Shown in pieces: positions 9,899 through 17,310 of a DNA stretch of 64,000 nt. This stretch comes from Saprospirales bacterium. GTDB taxonomy: Bacteria; Bacteroidota; Bacteroidia; Chitinophagales; Saprospiraceae. Location of the stretch: assembly GCA_002698985.1 (NCBI GenBank), contig PAAY01000027.1, positions 11,231 to 75,230 on the forward strand, given 5' to 3'. Below the pieces are notes generated by a model. That model worked only from the letters and a program-made list of their open reading frames with translations. It was not told the DNA's origin and made no database searches. Position numbers and translations under genes: made by a program. How positions within the stretch are numbered: the stretch's first letter is position 1; the number at the start of each line of letters is the position of its first letter.

Positions 9899-9985
9899 GC
9901 CGCAGGTGGATCTTCAAAGAAAACGGGCAGGTACATGGGCACCCACAGTGCCCTGAACGCCCCGTTGGTAGTTCATCCATTGATA
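9899..9985 (+). repeat. MITE-like element, copy 3 (5'-truncated, degenerate 3' end)
   Basis: Shares GGATCTTCAAAGAAAACGGGCAGGTACATGGGCNCC-ACAGTGCCCTGAA with copy 2 but lacks the left terminal repeat. Confidence 0.75.
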
Positions 9986-10111
9986 CCGCCAACCACCAAC
10001 CAATTTGACCCTGCACTGACTTTTCTCATTGGCCCTCTTGGCCTGATTTCAGAACATTGCGGCTCATTTTCAGAACCATCTATCAAGTCCAAAACTCAAC
10101 AATAACCAACC

Positions 10112-10753
10112 ATGATTTTAGTAGGAAAAAAAGCACCGGATTTCAAAGCTGCTGCCGTGGTGAACGGCAATGAGATCGTCGAAGATTTCTCACTCTCCGA
10201 TTTCAAAGGCAAGAAGTACGTCATCCTGTTTTTCTATCCCAAAGACTTCACCTTCGTTTGCCCCACGGAGCTTTTCGCCTTTCAGGAAAAGCTGGAAGAA
10301 TTTGAAAGCCGCAACTGCCAGGTCATCGCCTGCTCTACCGACACAGAAATGTCCCACTGGGGCTGGCTCCAGATGGAGCGCAAGTTGGGTGGCATCAAGG
10401 GCGTGAAATACCCCCTGGTGGCCGACACCAACAAGACCATTGCCGCCAACTACGATGTGCTGGCCGGTGAGTGGGATTACAACGAAGAGGGAGAAATGAT
10501 CGCTACCGGCGAGATGGTGGCCTACCGCGGCCTGTTCCTCATCGACAAAGAAGGCATCGTGCGCCACCAGGTGGTCAACGACATGCCCCTTGGCCGCAGC
10601 GTGGAGGAGGCCCTCCGGGTGCTCGATGCCCTGCAGTACACCGAACAATACGGCCAGGTATGCCCCGCCAACTGGCACAAAGGCGAAGAAGCCATCCCCA
10701 CCACCCACGAAGGCGTGGCTGAATATCTGGAAAGCAAGTTCCGTCAGAACTGA
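10112..10753 (+). CDS. Typical 2-Cys peroxiredoxin (AhpC/Prx1 subfamily)
   Basis: Peroxidatic Cys motif DFTFVCPTE and resolving Cys motif VCPANW. 213 aa. Confidence 0.92.
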   Translation: MILVGKKAPDFKAAAVVNGNEIVEDFSLSDFKGKKYVILFFYPKDFTFVCPTELFAFQEKLEEFESRNCQVIACSTDTEMSHWGWLQMERKLGGIKGVKYPLVADTNKTIAANYDVLAGEWDYNEEGEMIATGEMVAYRGLFLIDKEGIVRHQVVNDMPLGRSVEEALRVLDALQYTEQYGQVCPANWHKGEEAIPTTHEGVAEYLESKFRQN

Positions 10754-10798
10754 TTTTTTATGTCCGACCCCTGCCGGATGGCAGGTGGCACCACCCGC

Positions 10799-10836
10799 AA
10801 GCCTCTCCCGTATGGAGGGGCTTGTGTGGTTTTGGA
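10799..10836 (+). terminator. Possible terminator after the peroxiredoxin gene
   Basis: Hairpin AAGCCTCTCC-CGTAT-GGAGGGGCTT with one mismatch, followed by GTGTGGTTTTGG. The T tract is weak. Confidence 0.4.
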
Positions 10837-10914
10837 GGTACAGGAGCTAACTTTCAGATAGCTCCTGTTTTCAGGTCTTACAGATGTGAATTATATCAGG
10901 CGAGTGGCGAGGAC

Positions 10915-13116
10915 TCATTCGTTACCCTTTGCTTCCCGCTCGTCCAACACGGCCAGCCCTTGGAGTACATTTTTTGAATACGGATGTTCCGCCCCCAACT
11001 TCGACAAAAAGACCGCTTTCGCCTTTTCGAGGAGGCTGCGCGCTTCACCGAACTCTTTCATGTTCATGAGCACGGCGGCCAGGTTTGAGTAACTCACAGC
11101 GGTGTTGGGATGTTCGGTGCCAAAATTTTTCTCATCAGACTCCACGGCCTTTTCCAATAGCTCCTTTGCCCCTTTGTAATCTCCGAGGGCCTTAAGCACC
11201 GAAGCCAGGTTTGAGTAAGTCACAGCGGTTGTGGGATGTTCTGGGCCAAAATTTTTCTCCGCAGATTCCATGGCCTTTTGCAATAGCCCCTTTGCCGCCT
11301 TGTAATCTCCGAGGGCCTGAAGCACCGAAGCCAGGTTTGAGTAAGTCACAGCGGTTGTGGGATGGTGGGGGCCAAAATTTTTCTCATCAGACTCCACGGC
11401 CTTTTCCAATAGCCCCTTTGCCGCCTTGTAATCTCCGAGGGCCTGAAGCACCGAAGCCAGGTTTGAGTAAGTCACAGCGGTTTTGGGATGGTGGGGGCCA
11501 AAATTTTTCTCATCAGACTCCATGGCCTTTTGCAATAGCCCCTTTGCCCCCTTGTAATCTCCGAGGTCCTTAAGCACTAAAGCCAGGTTTGAGTAACTCA
11601 CAGCGGTGTTGGGATGTTCTGGGCCAAAATTTTTCTCATCAGACTCCATGGCCTTTTCCAATAGCTCCTTTGCCGCCTTGTAATCTCCGAGGGCCTGAAG
11701 CACTAAAGCCAGGTTTGAGTAAATCACAGCGGTTTTGGGATGTTCTGGGCCAAAATTTTTCTCCGCAGATTCCATGGCCTTTTGCAATAGCCCCTTTGCC
11801 CCCTTGTAATCTCCGAGGTCCTTAAGCCTCAAACCCAAGTTGTTTCGGAGGGTAGCCTTTTCACTGAATTCGAGGTGTTCGGCGGCATCGAGCACGGCCT
11901 GCCCGTAGGGTATCCAGGGGAATTTGTCCACCGGGTTGTCTTTCGTTTGGTCTATGTAGAGTTTTTGTGTAAAAGTTTCCACCAGCGGCAGCAAGTCTTC
12001 AAGGGTGGGTGGGTGGGCATGGGCTACAATGGCTTTTATCAGCCGGTGGGTGCCGTAGCGGTGTTTGGCGGGTTGCATGAGCCAGCCTAGCTTATAAAGT
12101 GTCTGTAGGTTGTTGGCAAAGGCAGTGGTCTGCCCTTCTTCGATTTGGAACCACTCGGCCAGGTCTTTGGCGGGGTATCCTTCGGCAGTAGGGGGCAGGG
12201 CGGCCATTTGCTTCAGCAGTCGCATCAGTTCGGGGCGTTGCGCAATGCCGGAGAGGTCGAAGGCCTGCAAGAGGTGGCGGTACAAAGTGGTTTCACCGCC
12301 GGCGTGTTCCAGTTCCACGATGGTTTGCAGGCTGGCAGCATCGAGCTGGTTGTTCTTCAGGTATTCGGCTAGCTCTTCCACGGTTTCCATTATCGGGTGG
12401 GTGTCCAGGATCTTGGCAAAGAGCTCGATGCTGAGGGTGTGCCGCTCCAAAGTGTTTTCCAGAAAGTCAGTCAACGCAGCTTCATCCTGTGGCTTTTCGC
12501 AATGTTTCCGGAAGAGTGCTTTGGCGGCCTCCAGGTCGAGTTTCCCCAATTCTTTCACTTTGATGTTGCCAATGACCTGTCGTGAAGTCAGCAGCACATG
12601 CCAATTTGGACCGTGCGGTAGTTTACCCAGGGCCTCTCTACTCGACTGATCCACATTGTCGAGTACGAGCAGAGCACGTTTTCCCTCTGCACGGTTTTGC
12701 AGAGCAAGCATCATTTTTTCATAAACGGCTTCGTAAGGTTCTCCAGGCTCCTGTTTGATGCCAAGGGCTGCCTGCAAACCTGGATCATTGACCACGGATT
12801 CCTGAAGTGTCGTCTTTTGCTCGATCCAGGCAAGGTGGTCGTACTGTTCCCGGTATTTGTTGGCGTACAGCTTGGCCAGGGTAGTTTTGCCAATGCCACC
12901 TATGCCGTTCATGAGGAGCAGGCTGGAAGATTCCTCCAGCAGTGCTCTGAGGTCCGAAAGGTCATCGTCCCGGCCAATTACGTCGTTGGGATCGATGTGC
13001 GGAATCGAGGTGAGGTAGTGGGGAATTTCCGGTGACTCCGAGCCGTGCATGTGTACCGGCCCGTAATTCTTCTCAATATTGACCTGTTTGTTTGCAATAA
13101 ATTTCTTCTTTTCCAT
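10915..13116 (-). CDS. STAND NTPase: short N-terminal motif + NB-ARC P-loop domain + C-terminal TPR (kinesin-light-chain-like) repeats (NLR-like)
   Basis: Walker A GIGGIGKTTLA and Walker B LLVLDNVD, both typical of NB-ARC. At least 7 x 42-aa TPR units (NFGPEHPxTAVxYSNLAxVLxxLGDYKxAKxLLxKAxES). The N-terminus MEKKKFIANKQVNIEKNYGPVHMHG shares a motif with the upstream small protein. Confidence 0.88.
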   Translation of the reverse strand: MEKKKFIANKQVNIEKNYGPVHMHGSESPEIPHYLTSIPHIDPNDVIGRDDDLSDLRALLEESSSLLLMNGIGGIGKTTLAKLYANKYREQYDHLAWIEQKTTLQESVVNDPGLQAALGIKQEPGEPYEAVYEKMMLALQNRAEGKRALLVLDNVDQSSREALGKLPHGPNWHVLLTSRQVIGNIKVKELGKLDLEAAKALFRKHCEKPQDEAALTDFLENTLERHTLSIELFAKILDTHPIMETVEELAEYLKNNQLDAASLQTIVELEHAGGETTLYRHLLQAFDLSGIAQRPELMRLLKQMAALPPTAEGYPAKDLAEWFQIEEGQTTAFANNLQTLYKLGWLMQPAKHRYGTHRLIKAIVAHAHPPTLEDLLPLVETFTQKLYIDQTKDNPVDKFPWIPYGQAVLDAAEHLEFSEKATLRNNLGLRLKDLGDYKGAKGLLQKAMESAEKNFGPEHPKTAVIYSNLALVLQALGDYKAAKELLEKAMESDEKNFGPEHPNTAVSYSNLALVLKDLGDYKGAKGLLQKAMESDEKNFGPHHPKTAVTYSNLASVLQALGDYKAAKGLLEKAVESDEKNFGPHHPTTAVTYSNLASVLQALGDYKAAKGLLQKAMESAEKNFGPEHPTTAVTYSNLASVLKALGDYKGAKELLEKAVESDEKNFGTEHPNTAVSYSNLAAVLMNMKEFGEARSLLEKAKAVFLSKLGAEHPYSKNVLQGLAVLDEREAKGNE
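11078..11833. repeat. Six near-identical 126-bp tandem units encoding the TPR array of the NLR-like gene
   Basis: GCCAGGTTTGAGTAA recurs at 11078, 11204, 11330, 11456, 11582 and 11708, an exact 126-nt period. Degenerate units flank the array on both sides. Confidence 0.9.
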
Positions 13117-13157
13117 AGCTCGAATTTATATGGAAAATTGGGTGTTACCCTATTGTC

Positions 13158-13544
13158 TCACATGTTGATCGGTCCGTAATTCGTCTGAATATTGACGATT
13201 TTTTCGGCTGTTTGCTGGTTGAGTTGGATGATGCCGTTTTGGTGGAGATCATGGAGGTGATGGGCCAGCTGGGCCAGGAACTGTGGATCGGAAGCAGCTT
13301 TTTGTTCAATGGCCTGGGTCAACCGTTTTTCGGTCTCTGTAGTAGGTGGTTTTTGCTCCACTTCTTCGACGAGTTCGGGTTGCTCCTTCAAAAAGATGGG
13401 CCTCATCCATTCCCAAATGGCTGTGGAAAGTTCCTTGCTGGCAGTTTTGGCGCCTTCGGTCTTAGATAGGGCCTTGAGGATGTAGCCGGCTGCAGCAGCG
13501 GCAAGTGTAATGGGTTCAATCGCCATGGTTGAATTACTTTGCAA
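13158..13544 (-). CDS. Small helical protein with hydrophobic N-terminal helix and C-terminal NLR-matching motif (candidate effector/adaptor partner)
   Basis: 128 aa, located 41 bp upstream of and co-oriented with the NB-ARC/TPR gene. N-terminal IEPITLAAAAAGYILKAL. The C-terminus ...AEKIVNIQTNYGPINM-stop aligns with residues about 8-23 of the NTPase. Confidence 0.7.
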   Translation of the reverse strand: MQSNSTMAIEPITLAAAAAGYILKALSKTEGAKTASKELSTAIWEWMRPIFLKEQPELVEEVEQKPPTTETEKRLTQAIEQKAASDPQFLAQLAHHLHDLHQNGIIQLNQQTAEKIVNIQTNYGPINM

Positions 13545-13927
13545 TTTCGTAGGACTGTCAGTTTGCTCCTCTGTAGAAGCATACTATTTATTTTAATTCT
13601 TCTCGTTTTCTCTAAGCATGTCTTTTTTGCAGGAATTGCTATCACATAGCCCTGCTCATTATTCATCTGGGTGCAAGGTAAAAAAGTTTTTTAGCAATCG
13701 ATGGATGTTGGTTTTAGTTATCAACCGACGTTGCCCCGAAAAACAAAAAAACTTTTTGTTTCAAAGAGTAAAACAATCAAAAACAAAAAGTTTTAAAACT
13801 CCTTCCCGCCCCTTACCTTTGCCTCCCGGCCCACCGCCGGAGAATCGAACACGCACTCCCCGCATACAAGACTGGACCCAGTGCCCGGCGCATACATGAG
13901 TTTCCGGATCATCGGCAGCGCAGTGCA

Positions 13928-13972
13928 GCCCACTGCCTACTGCCCACTGAACACTGCCCACTGAACACTGCC
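13928..13972. repeat. Short tandem repeat (TGCCCACTGAACAC-type) abutting the dnaE2-like start codon
   Basis: CCCACTGCCTACTGCCCACTGAACACTGCCCACTGAACACTGCC. The reverse-complement module (CAGTGTTCAGTGGGCAGT) occurs inside the gene at about 14815-14832. Confidence 0.85.
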
Positions 13973-13973
13973 T

Positions 13974-16900
13974 ATGCACCTGGCATCGCACACATATTAC
14001 AGCCTGCGCTACGGCACCCTGTCGCCCCGGCAGCTGGTGGAGGCGGCGCAGGCCCGCGGGGTGGAGACCCTGGCCCTCACCGATGTGAACAACACCTCGG
14101 CGGCGGGGGAATTCGTGCGGCTGTGCCGGGAGGCGGGCATCCGGCCCCTGCTGGGCATCGACTTCTTCCGCGACGGGCAGCGGCTCTACACCGGCCTGGC
14201 CCGCAACGCCGACGGCTTCTGCGCCCTCAACCGCTTCCTGTCGGTGCACTCCATCCAGGGGCGGCCCCTGCCCACCCTGGCCAGCGAGTGGGACTGGAAC
14301 CCCGCCGAGGTGGCCTTCATCTACCCCCGCCTGGTCAAGCCCATCGAGCGCTTTGCCGGGTACGAGTACCTGGGCGTGCGGCCCGAGCACGTACACCGGC
14401 TGTTCAGCTCGCCGGTGCGCCACCACCCCGACCGGCTCATCGCCTTCAGCCCCGTGACCTTCCTCGACGAGGAGGGCTGGGAACTGCACCGCCTGCTGCG
14501 GGCCATCGACCTGAACACCCTGCTGTCGAAACTCCAACCCACCGATCACGCCCCAAAGACCGAACTCTTCCACCCGCCGGCCGTGCTGCGGGATTTTTAC
14601 AAGCTCTACCCCCGCCTGCTCGAAAACGCCGGGCGCCTCGCCGAATCCTGCGAGATCGAGCTGGAAACGGGCCTGCACATCAACCGCCAAACCTTCACCG
14701 GCAGCCGAGAGGGCGACTACAAGCTGCTCGAAAAACTCACCCTCGAGGGATTCAAAAGGCGGTTTCCGGAGTGTTCAGTGGCCCCCGATACCGAAAGCTT
14801 TCGGTATCGGGGTCAGTGTTCAGTGGGCAGTAAGCAGTTGGCAGTTGGGCGTTCCGACGCGACCAGAAAGCCCCCTCATCCCTCCCCCGATGCCGATAGC
14901 TATCGGCACGGGGCATCCCCCTCCTCGAAGGGCCCCAGGGGGCTGACCAACCCTACACCCTCAACCCTCAACTCTAAACTCTCAACCCTACACCCTACAC
15001 CCTACACCCGCCTCCACCGCGAGCTCGAGGTGATCCGCGAGATGGACTTCTGCGCCTACTTCCTCATCACCTGGGACATCGTGCGCTATGCGCAGTCGGC
15101 GGGCTACCACCACGTGGGGCGGGGCAGCGGAGCGAACTCGCTGGTGGCCTACTGCCTGGGCATCACCGACGTGGACCCGCTGGAGCTGGACCTCTACTTC
15201 GAGCGCTTCATCAACCGCAACCGGCCCTCGCCGCCGGATTTCGACATCGACTTTTCCTGGGACGAGCGCGACGACGTGACCGACTACATCTTCAAGCGCT
15301 ACGGCTGGGAGTACACGGCCCTGCTGGCCACCTACAGCACCTTCCAGTTCAACGCCGCCGTGCGCGAGGTGGGCAAGGTTTTCGGTTTGCCGAAGGAAGA
15401 AATAGACAACTTTGCCGACGAACTGCTCCGCAAGATGGGCACCGAGGATGTGCGCTACTGGAAGCGCGAGCAGGGTGGCCGGCTGTTGCGCAGCGAAGAG
15501 GAACCCAACCGCCGCCACCTGCCCTCCGACATCCACGCGCAGGTGCTTCGCTTCGCAAAACGGCTGCACGGCTTCCCCAACCACCTGTCCATCCACGCCG
15601 GCGGGGTGCTCATCTCCGAGCGGCCCATCTTCTACCACACGGCCCTGCAGATGATGCCCAAGGGCTTCCCCATCACGCACTTCGACATGCACCACGCCGA
15701 AGACCTCGGCTTCCACAAGTTCGATGTGCTCAGCCAGCGCGGCCTGGGCCACATCAAAGACGCCGTGGACCTCATCAAACTCAACCAGGGCAAGGCCGTC
15801 GACATCCACGACGTGGCCGCCATCAAAAAGGACGAGCGGGTGCGGGCTCAACTGCGCAGCGGCCACTGCATCGGCTGCTTTTACATCGAAAGCCCGGCCA
15901 TGCGGGGCCTGCTCAAAAAGCTGCGCTGCGACACCTACCACCACCTGGTGGCGGCCAGCAGCATCATCCGCCCCGGCGTGGCGCAGTCTGGCATGATGAA
16001 GGAGTACATCCGCCGCTTCCACGCACCCAATTCTTTCGACTACCTGCACCCGGTGTTCAAAGAGCACCTGGGCGAGACCTTCGGCGTCATGGTCTATCAG
16101 GAGGACGTGATGAAGATCGTACACCACTTCGCCGGCCTGGGCCTCGACGAGAGCGACATGCTGCGGCGCCTCATGAGCGGCAAAAAGCGCCAGGGCGACC
16201 AGTTCGAGCTGCTCAAGCGCAAGTACTTCGACAACTGCCGCCGCCTGGGCCACCCCGATGCGCTGGCCAAAGAGGTGTGGCGCCAGATCGAGAGCTTTGC
16301 CGGCTACTCCTTCTGCAAGGCCCACTCGGCCAGCTACGCCGTGGAGAGCTTCCAGAGCCTGTACCTGAAGACCTACTACCCGCTGGAGTTCATGGTGGCC
16401 GTCATCAACAACTTCGGCGGTTTCTACCGCACGGAGTACTACTTCCACGAGGCCCGCATGGCCGGCGCCACCATCCACGCTCCCTGCGTCAACAACAGCC
16501 AGTACCTCACTTCGCTGCGCAACAAAGACATCTACGTGGGCTTCATCCACCTCAACGGCCTGGAGCGACAGACGGCGGCCAAAATCGTGCACCAGCGCAC
16601 GGTGGGTGGCCCCTTCCGCAGCCTGGCCGATTTCATCAGCCGGGTGGACATCGGCGCCAGCCAGCTGGAGCTGCTCATCCGCATCGGGGCCTTCCGCTTC
16701 ACGGGCCTCAGCAAGGGCGCCCTGCTCTGGGAGAAAAACGCCGTGTTCAATCCCCGCGAAAAGTTCGAGGCTTCGGGCCTGCTCTTCCCCGATCCGCACG
16801 AAAACTACGAGCTGCCTCCCCTGGAGGAGGGCCCCTACGACCAGGCTTTCGACGAAATAGAACTGCTGGGCTTCCCGCTCTGCTCGCCCTTCGAGCTGCT

Positions 16901-17231
16901 GGCCGATGCCTCCTGGGCCGCCGAGGGCATCACCGCCGCCGACCTGTCCCGCAGCCTGGGCCGATACGTCACCATGATCGGCTACTACGTCTGCCGCAAG
17001 GACGTGCGCACCGTCAAAAAGGAGCTGATGCACTTCGGCACCTGGCTCGACCGCGACGGCCATTTCTTCGACACGGTGCACTTCCCCAATTTCATCAAAA
17101 ACGCTCCCTTCCGCGGCCGCGGCATCTACCGCATCGAGGGCCGCGTGGTGGAGGAGTTCGGCTTCTGCTCACTGGAAGTGGTGAAGATGGAAAAACTGCC
17201 GTTCAGGAAAGATGAGCGGTATGGAGGATGA
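13974..17231 (+). CDS. DNA polymerase III alpha-subunit family protein, DnaE2/ImuC-like (error-prone type), with an in-frame repeat-derived insertion
   Basis: 1085 aa. N-terminal PHP domain (MHLASHTYYSLRYGTLSPRQLVEAAQARGVETLALTDVNN), then REMDFCAYFLITWDIVRYA, and polymerase core motifs (HAGGVLIS, FDVLSQRGL, FCKAHSASYA). Third codon positions are almost all G/C. The subtype call (DnaE2 rather than replicative DnaE) is inferred from the N-terminal sequence type and the length. Confidence 0.85.
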   Translation: MHLASHTYYSLRYGTLSPRQLVEAAQARGVETLALTDVNNTSAAGEFVRLCREAGIRPLLGIDFFRDGQRLYTGLARNADGFCALNRFLSVHSIQGRPLPTLASEWDWNPAEVAFIYPRLVKPIERFAGYEYLGVRPEHVHRLFSSPVRHHPDRLIAFSPVTFLDEEGWELHRLLRAIDLNTLLSKLQPTDHAPKTELFHPPAVLRDFYKLYPRLLENAGRLAESCEIELETGLHINRQTFTGSREGDYKLLEKLTLEGFKRRFPECSVAPDTESFRYRGQCSVGSKQLAVGRSDATRKPPHPSPDADSYRHGASPSSKGPRGLTNPTPSTLNSKLSTLHPTPYTRLHRELEVIREMDFCAYFLITWDIVRYAQSAGYHHVGRGSGANSLVAYCLGITDVDPLELDLYFERFINRNRPSPPDFDIDFSWDERDDVTDYIFKRYGWEYTALLATYSTFQFNAAVREVGKVFGLPKEEIDNFADELLRKMGTEDVRYWKREQGGRLLRSEEEPNRRHLPSDIHAQVLRFAKRLHGFPNHLSIHAGGVLISERPIFYHTALQMMPKGFPITHFDMHHAEDLGFHKFDVLSQRGLGHIKDAVDLIKLNQGKAVDIHDVAAIKKDERVRAQLRSGHCIGCFYIESPAMRGLLKKLRCDTYHHLVAASSIIRPGVAQSGMMKEYIRRFHAPNSFDYLHPVFKEHLGETFGVMVYQEDVMKIVHHFAGLGLDESDMLRRLMSGKKRQGDQFELLKRKYFDNCRRLGHPDALAKEVWRQIESFAGYSFCKAHSASYAVESFQSLYLKTYYPLEFMVAVINNFGGFYRTEYYFHEARMAGATIHAPCVNNSQYLTSLRNKDIYVGFIHLNGLERQTAAKIVHQRTVGGPFRSLADFISRVDIGASQLELLIRIGAFRFTGLSKGALLWEKNAVFNPREKFEASGLLFPDPHENYELPPLEEGPYDQAFDEIELLGFPLCSPFELLADASWAAEGITAADLSRSLGRYVTMIGYYVCRKDVRTVKKELMHFGTWLDRDGHFFDTVHFPNFIKNAPFRGRGIYRIEGRVVEEFGFCSLEVVKMEKLPFRKDERYGG
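14768..15008. repeat. Intergenic-type repeat modules embedded in frame within the polymerase gene
   Basis: Perfect 30-bp palindrome CCCCGATACCGAAAGCTTTCGGTATCGGGG at 14783-14812. ATGCCGATAGCTATCGGCAc at 14890-14909. CCTCATCCCTCCCC and (CTACACC)x3 at about 14985-15008. It encodes a low-complexity ~75-aa stretch (CSVAPDTESFRYRGQ...STLHPTPY). Confidence 0.85.
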
Positions 17232-17310
17232 AATAGGGATGAGGGATGAGGGATGAGGGATGAAGGCGCTAGCGCTCTCTACTCTCTACTCCCTACTCTC
17301 TACTCCCTAC
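17232..17310. repeat. Mosaic repeat locus filling the convergent gap between dnaE2-like and the FG-GAP gene
   Basis: (GGGATGA)x4, GGCGCTAGCGC, then (TCTCTAC/TCCCTAC)x5. The array supplies the stop codon and the last ~6 codons (RVGSRE) of the minus-strand gene. Confidence 0.9.

Noticed and set aside
9774-10105. Three 74-80-aa ORFs in the gap upstream of peroxiredoxin
   Set aside because: They lie entirely within the MITE-like copies, on both strands, and repeat each other's sequence because the DNA is repeated.
11211-11825. Plus-strand ORFs with a periodic sequence (NFSPQIPWPFAIAPLPPCNLRGPEAPKPGLSKSQRLWD...)
   Set aside because: They are antisense to the 126-bp TPR repeat array of the NB-ARC gene. 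Their periodicity is inherited from the sense-strand repeats.
13836-13875. tRNA gene or tRNA 3' fragment on the minus strand (GTGTTCGATTCTCCGGCGGTGGGCC resembles a T-loop plus acceptor)
   Set aside because: I could not fold a cloverleaf. The T-stem pairs at only 2 of 5 positions and there is no matching 5' acceptor strand. At most it is a decayed att-like remnant, mentioned under the GC-island finding.
13761-17081. Long minus-strand ORFs (13761-14690, 309 aa; 14988-17081, 697 aa) and several plus-strand alternative-frame ORFs across the polymerase gene
   Set aside because: These are shadow ORFs typical of very GC-rich coding DNA. Their products are low-complexity (Ala/Gly/Val/Arg-rich) and they fully overlap a gene with clear DnaE-family motifs.
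13974-17231. Calling the locus an imuA-imuB-dnaE2 mutagenesis cassette
   Set aside because: No imuA-, imuB- or Y-family polymerase-like ORF is adjacent on either side. Only the polymerase gene is present.
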